DNA of 54,529 nucleotides from Candidatus Woesearchaeota archaeon (lineage in GTDB: Archaea; Nanobdellota; Nanobdellia; Woesearchaeales; JACPBO01), in NCBI GenBank assembly GCA_016180285.1, contig JACPBO010000003.1, forward strand, positions 1 to 54,529, read 5' to 3'. Each line of letters begins with the position of its first letter. The first letter of the stretch is position 1. The translations under genes and the position numbers were made by a program. The notes beneath the pieces were generated by a model. It did not search any database. It was not told where the DNA came from and was given only the letters and a program-made list of their open reading frames with translations. Positions 54,495-54,529 of this stretch are shown one piece after another.

Positions 54495-54529
54495 CCACCA
54501 AAAAGTGATAAAAAAACGAAAGATTTATA

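Overview
Archaeal chromosomal DNA, most likely a DPANN/Woesearchaeota-type genome (inferred from aRF1, aIF-5A, eL40, TATA-box promoters close to start codons, and 'KAQITVF'-type class III signal-peptide proteins). 4.3-25.8 kb is a co-oriented minus-strand envelope locus made of duplicated modules: two large pilin-like proteins, two giant Ig-like/Cys-rich exported proteins and two multi-pass membrane proteins. Two AbiE-like toxin-antitoxin pairs interrupt it, and one is bounded by a 26-bp direct repeat. The middle holds guaB-purA, an MtrA-like/ThyA fusion with tmk, dut, a GGDEF and an HD-GYP protein, and a LAGLIDADG endonuclease. The endonuclease's last codons are the 5' end of a tRNA-Arg(GCG), and an orphan tRNA 5' fragment lies upstream of it. 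The right part has two small cassettes bounded by inverted repeats, aRF1, an amtB-glnK-glnA operon with a bacterial-type GSI-beta, a VapBC pair and translation genes. No rRNA, CRISPR array, integrase or transposase was seen. All calls are from motif recognition by eye; no searches were run.
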